A model generated the notes under the pieces. The model saw nothing but the letters and a program-made list of their open reading frames with translations. It did no database searches and had not been told where the DNA came from. From Promethearchaeota archaeon (GTDB taxonomy: Archaea; Asgardarchaeota; Lokiarchaeia; Sigyniarchaeales; SOKP01), in NCBI GenBank assembly GCA_004524535.1, contig SDNY01000008.1:1-50892 (forward strand): DNA of 50,892 bases, given 5' to 3'. Numbering within the stretch: the stretch's first letter is position 1; every line of letters begins with the position of its first letter. Positions 49,024-50,892 of the stretch are shown one piece after another. A program made the translations under genes and the position numbers.

Positions 49024-50187
49024 TTATTCCAAGACGCTTGGTGCTACGATAATTGGGCAGTCAAGATAGTGTGATGTTCTCATCACCAAGTTATCGAGTG
49101 TTCGCATGCCCATCTGCGTCTGAAAAAGGCGGTTCACTTTTCTCATGGACGTTTCATTGACGACCTTGATTCCCTTACAATCTCTTAATGCGGGATTCTC
49201 TTGCTGAATCACTTGAAAGCGAAAAATGTGTTTCTCATACTTTAGAAGGGTAGTAATGGCGCTCTTGAGTTTTGGATGGGTTTCTTTAGTTACTAAGTGT
49301 AATAGAAACTTTAATGGTGCTCTTTTTACAGGAGCTACTCGAAACTGATAATAATATTTCACCAGAATTTGACGAATTGGGCGCAACCAAGGAAATTGCT
49401 TCAATGATTTCCTTAACGTCCTTTTCTCATAATCCTTCATTGTAAGCGGGTTTTTTAACACGATGAATCTGGCATCATTAAAGCCCGATTTTTGTTTTTC
49501 AATTTCCTTGCGGAATCCGCGAATCACGCCCCTCCAAGCACGATAAACCCTTCTCTTAAAATGCGCGACTGCTTTTTGAGTAAGACCCCGTTTAGGAAAG
49601 AATTGCTCGCATTTTTCTTTAAAGACTTCTCCTCCTTTCCATCGATTTATCATGGTGCCGTTCAAGAACTGTCTCAGATCTGTTTCTACTTTTCGCAAAT
49701 CATTAGCAGAAAAAATTTCACATAATTTGAGATAGATTTCCCAGGCGATTTTAGGTTCGGGGTATTGGAACGTAATGTTCTTCATCATGACATTCTCTTC
49801 TTCAAGAGATAAAGAGAACTGTCGAATGTACAAGAATTCCTTTATTTTATTCGCGTACATCTTGTCTTTTAATCTTATTAACTCTTTTGTAATTCCCTTG
49901 GTTAAAAGCTGACTAGCGTGGAACGTACCTTTAAGAATTTGATCATCTGTAAAAAAATGCTTCGCCCCCGCCTCCAAGCGTTCGGAAAAGTCAATGGTAA
50001 TGTAATTAATACTATAGGATTTTAACCACTCTATTAAAGCCTCGAGAAAAAACGTAGTATCTATTTCATCTTCCTTCTTGACCACGGCTCCGGCAAGATC
50101 CTTTTTATTAACCGGATCGCGAGCAATGAGAAGCCCCTTTTTGTCTATTTTTGTCTTGGTTTTCCCGTTTTGCGAGAGTTTTTTTTT
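49024..50187 (-). CDS. IS transposase OrfB (C-terminal DDE part, reached by -1 frameshift; track start GTG 50085)
   Basis: Frame is open from the A9 run at 50187-50179 through LIARDP, YITIDFS and NETSMRKVNR to the stop at 49024. Confidence 0.8.
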   Translation of the reverse strand, partial: KKKLSQNGKTKTKIDKKGLLIARDPVNKKDLAGAVVKKEDEIDTTFFLEALIEWLKSYSINYITIDFSERLEAGAKHFFTDDQILKGTFHASQLLTKGITKELIRLKDKMYANKIKEFLYIRQFSLSLEEENVMMKNITFQYPEPKIAWEIYLKLCEIFSANDLRKVETDLRQFLNGTMINRWKGGEVFKEKCEQFFPKRGLTQKAVAHFKRRVYRAWRGVIRGFRKEIEKQKSGFNDARFIVLKNPLTMKDYEKRTLRKSLKQFPWLRPIRQILVKYYYQFRVAPVKRAPLKFLLHLVTKETHPKLKSAITTLLKYEKHIFRFQVIQQENPALRDCKGIKVVNETSMRKVNRLFQTQMGMRTLDNLVMRTSHYLDCPIIVAPSVLE

Positions 50188-50681
50188 GTGGTTGCTGATT
50201 TAAACGTCCCATCTAAAGAAATATGCCCCGAGAATTTTTCCGGGGGTGGTTCGTTAGAAAAATCCGATTTTAACTTGCCTTTCTCTCCTGCTTCGTTGAT
50301 CCATTCCTCAACCGTTCCGATGGAAACCTCAACGAGATGGAGTTCGTTAAGATCGCTGGTGACTCGTCGAATTGAATCTCCTTTTTTCAATACCCGAGAT
50401 ACCGCATAGTCTATTATGCTTGGCATGTAAGACCTTCCAAAAGGTATTAAAGGATGGACGATGCCAAAGGTGGTTTTACACTCCTTACATTTAAACGTGA
50501 TCTTTTCGTATCTAATCCTTCGGCAAATTTTAGGTGCTCCAAGATCTTGAATCGTCCGGATCTTGTAGGTGTGTCGCTTGATTTCTTGACCTCCACATGA
50601 GGGACAATTCTCGGGATAAAAATCCTCATCAGAATATTCACGAATTTCAACTTGAACATCGTCTTGATTTTTATGATCCAT
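50145..50681 (-). CDS. IS transposase OrfA (ISL3-like zinc finger, HTH, first catalytic Asp)
   Basis: CPSCG...RTIQDL...FKCKEC; SIRRVTSDL...VSIGTVEEWI HTH; ISLDGTF. Confidence 0.85.
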   Translation of the reverse strand: MDHKNQDDVQVEIREYSDEDFYPENCPSCGGQEIKRHTYKIRTIQDLGAPKICRRIRYEKITFKCKECKTTFGIVHPLIPFGRSYMPSIIDYAVSRVLKKGDSIRRVTSDLNELHLVEVSIGTVEEWINEAGEKGKLKSDFSNEPPPEKFSGHISLDGTFKSATTKKNSRKTGKPRQK

Positions 50682-50892
50682 GTATAATACTTGTTTTTTG
50701 AAGATTTAAACTTGTTGTTGGAAATGTGAATCATGGATGTAGATAGTCCATTTTACTAATTGATAGAAAATAGAATCGCACGAATCATTGAAGGAAACTT
50801 GCATTACACTTAAATAAGCGTGATTAATACACAAATAATGTCGAAACAGAAAAATTAAATAATGTTTTAACTATTAAAATATGATCATACTC

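Larger units (their letters stand above)
48990..50892 (-). mobile_element. insertion sequence, about 1.9 kb, DDE transposase split by a -1 frameshift
   Basis: Terminal inverted repeats GAGTATGATCAT (48990-49001) and ATGATCATACTC (50881-50892) with imperfect extension; visibly more GC-rich than the flanks; window ends at the right TIR. Confidence 0.85.

Noticed and set aside
96-50734. Many short antisense or overlapping ORFs in the track (e.g. 96-440, 5339-5686, 28760-29107, 43639-44028, 50447-50734)
   Set aside because: They are shadows of well-supported genes on the other strand or frame and have no motifs of their own.

Overview
AT-rich archaeal chromosomal segment that looks like an Asgard archaeon of the Lokiarchaeia type. 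This is an inference from two Rab-like small GTPases, longin/roadblock proteins and an eL22 homolog alongside aIF-1A, aIF2-gamma, Spt5, TFS, form III RuBisCO with ribose-1,5-bisphosphate isomerase and a tetraether lipid synthase. It holds about 50 CDSs and ends exactly at the terminal inverted repeat of a frameshifted IS element. Strongest unexplained signals: (1) a circularly permuted 5S rRNA gene at 20113-20270 (minus strand), with the 3' half before the 5' half, a duplicated CCGGAAG junction that can fold into a bulge-helix-bulge-like motif, and an enclosing G.U-containing stem; (2) a protein of exact 35-aa repeats with an S[ED]xx[YF] motif, resembling actin-binding nebulin modules (40905-42131); (3) an unrecognised ~120-nt structured RNA candidate upstream of the tetraether synthase (44249-44367). 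Also seen: a radA-like remnant, likely ATT/ATA start codons, an HhH-fused aIF2-gamma and an acidic-tailed orphan Spt5. No CRISPR array or tRNA was found. All family calls come from motifs recognised by eye, not from database searches.
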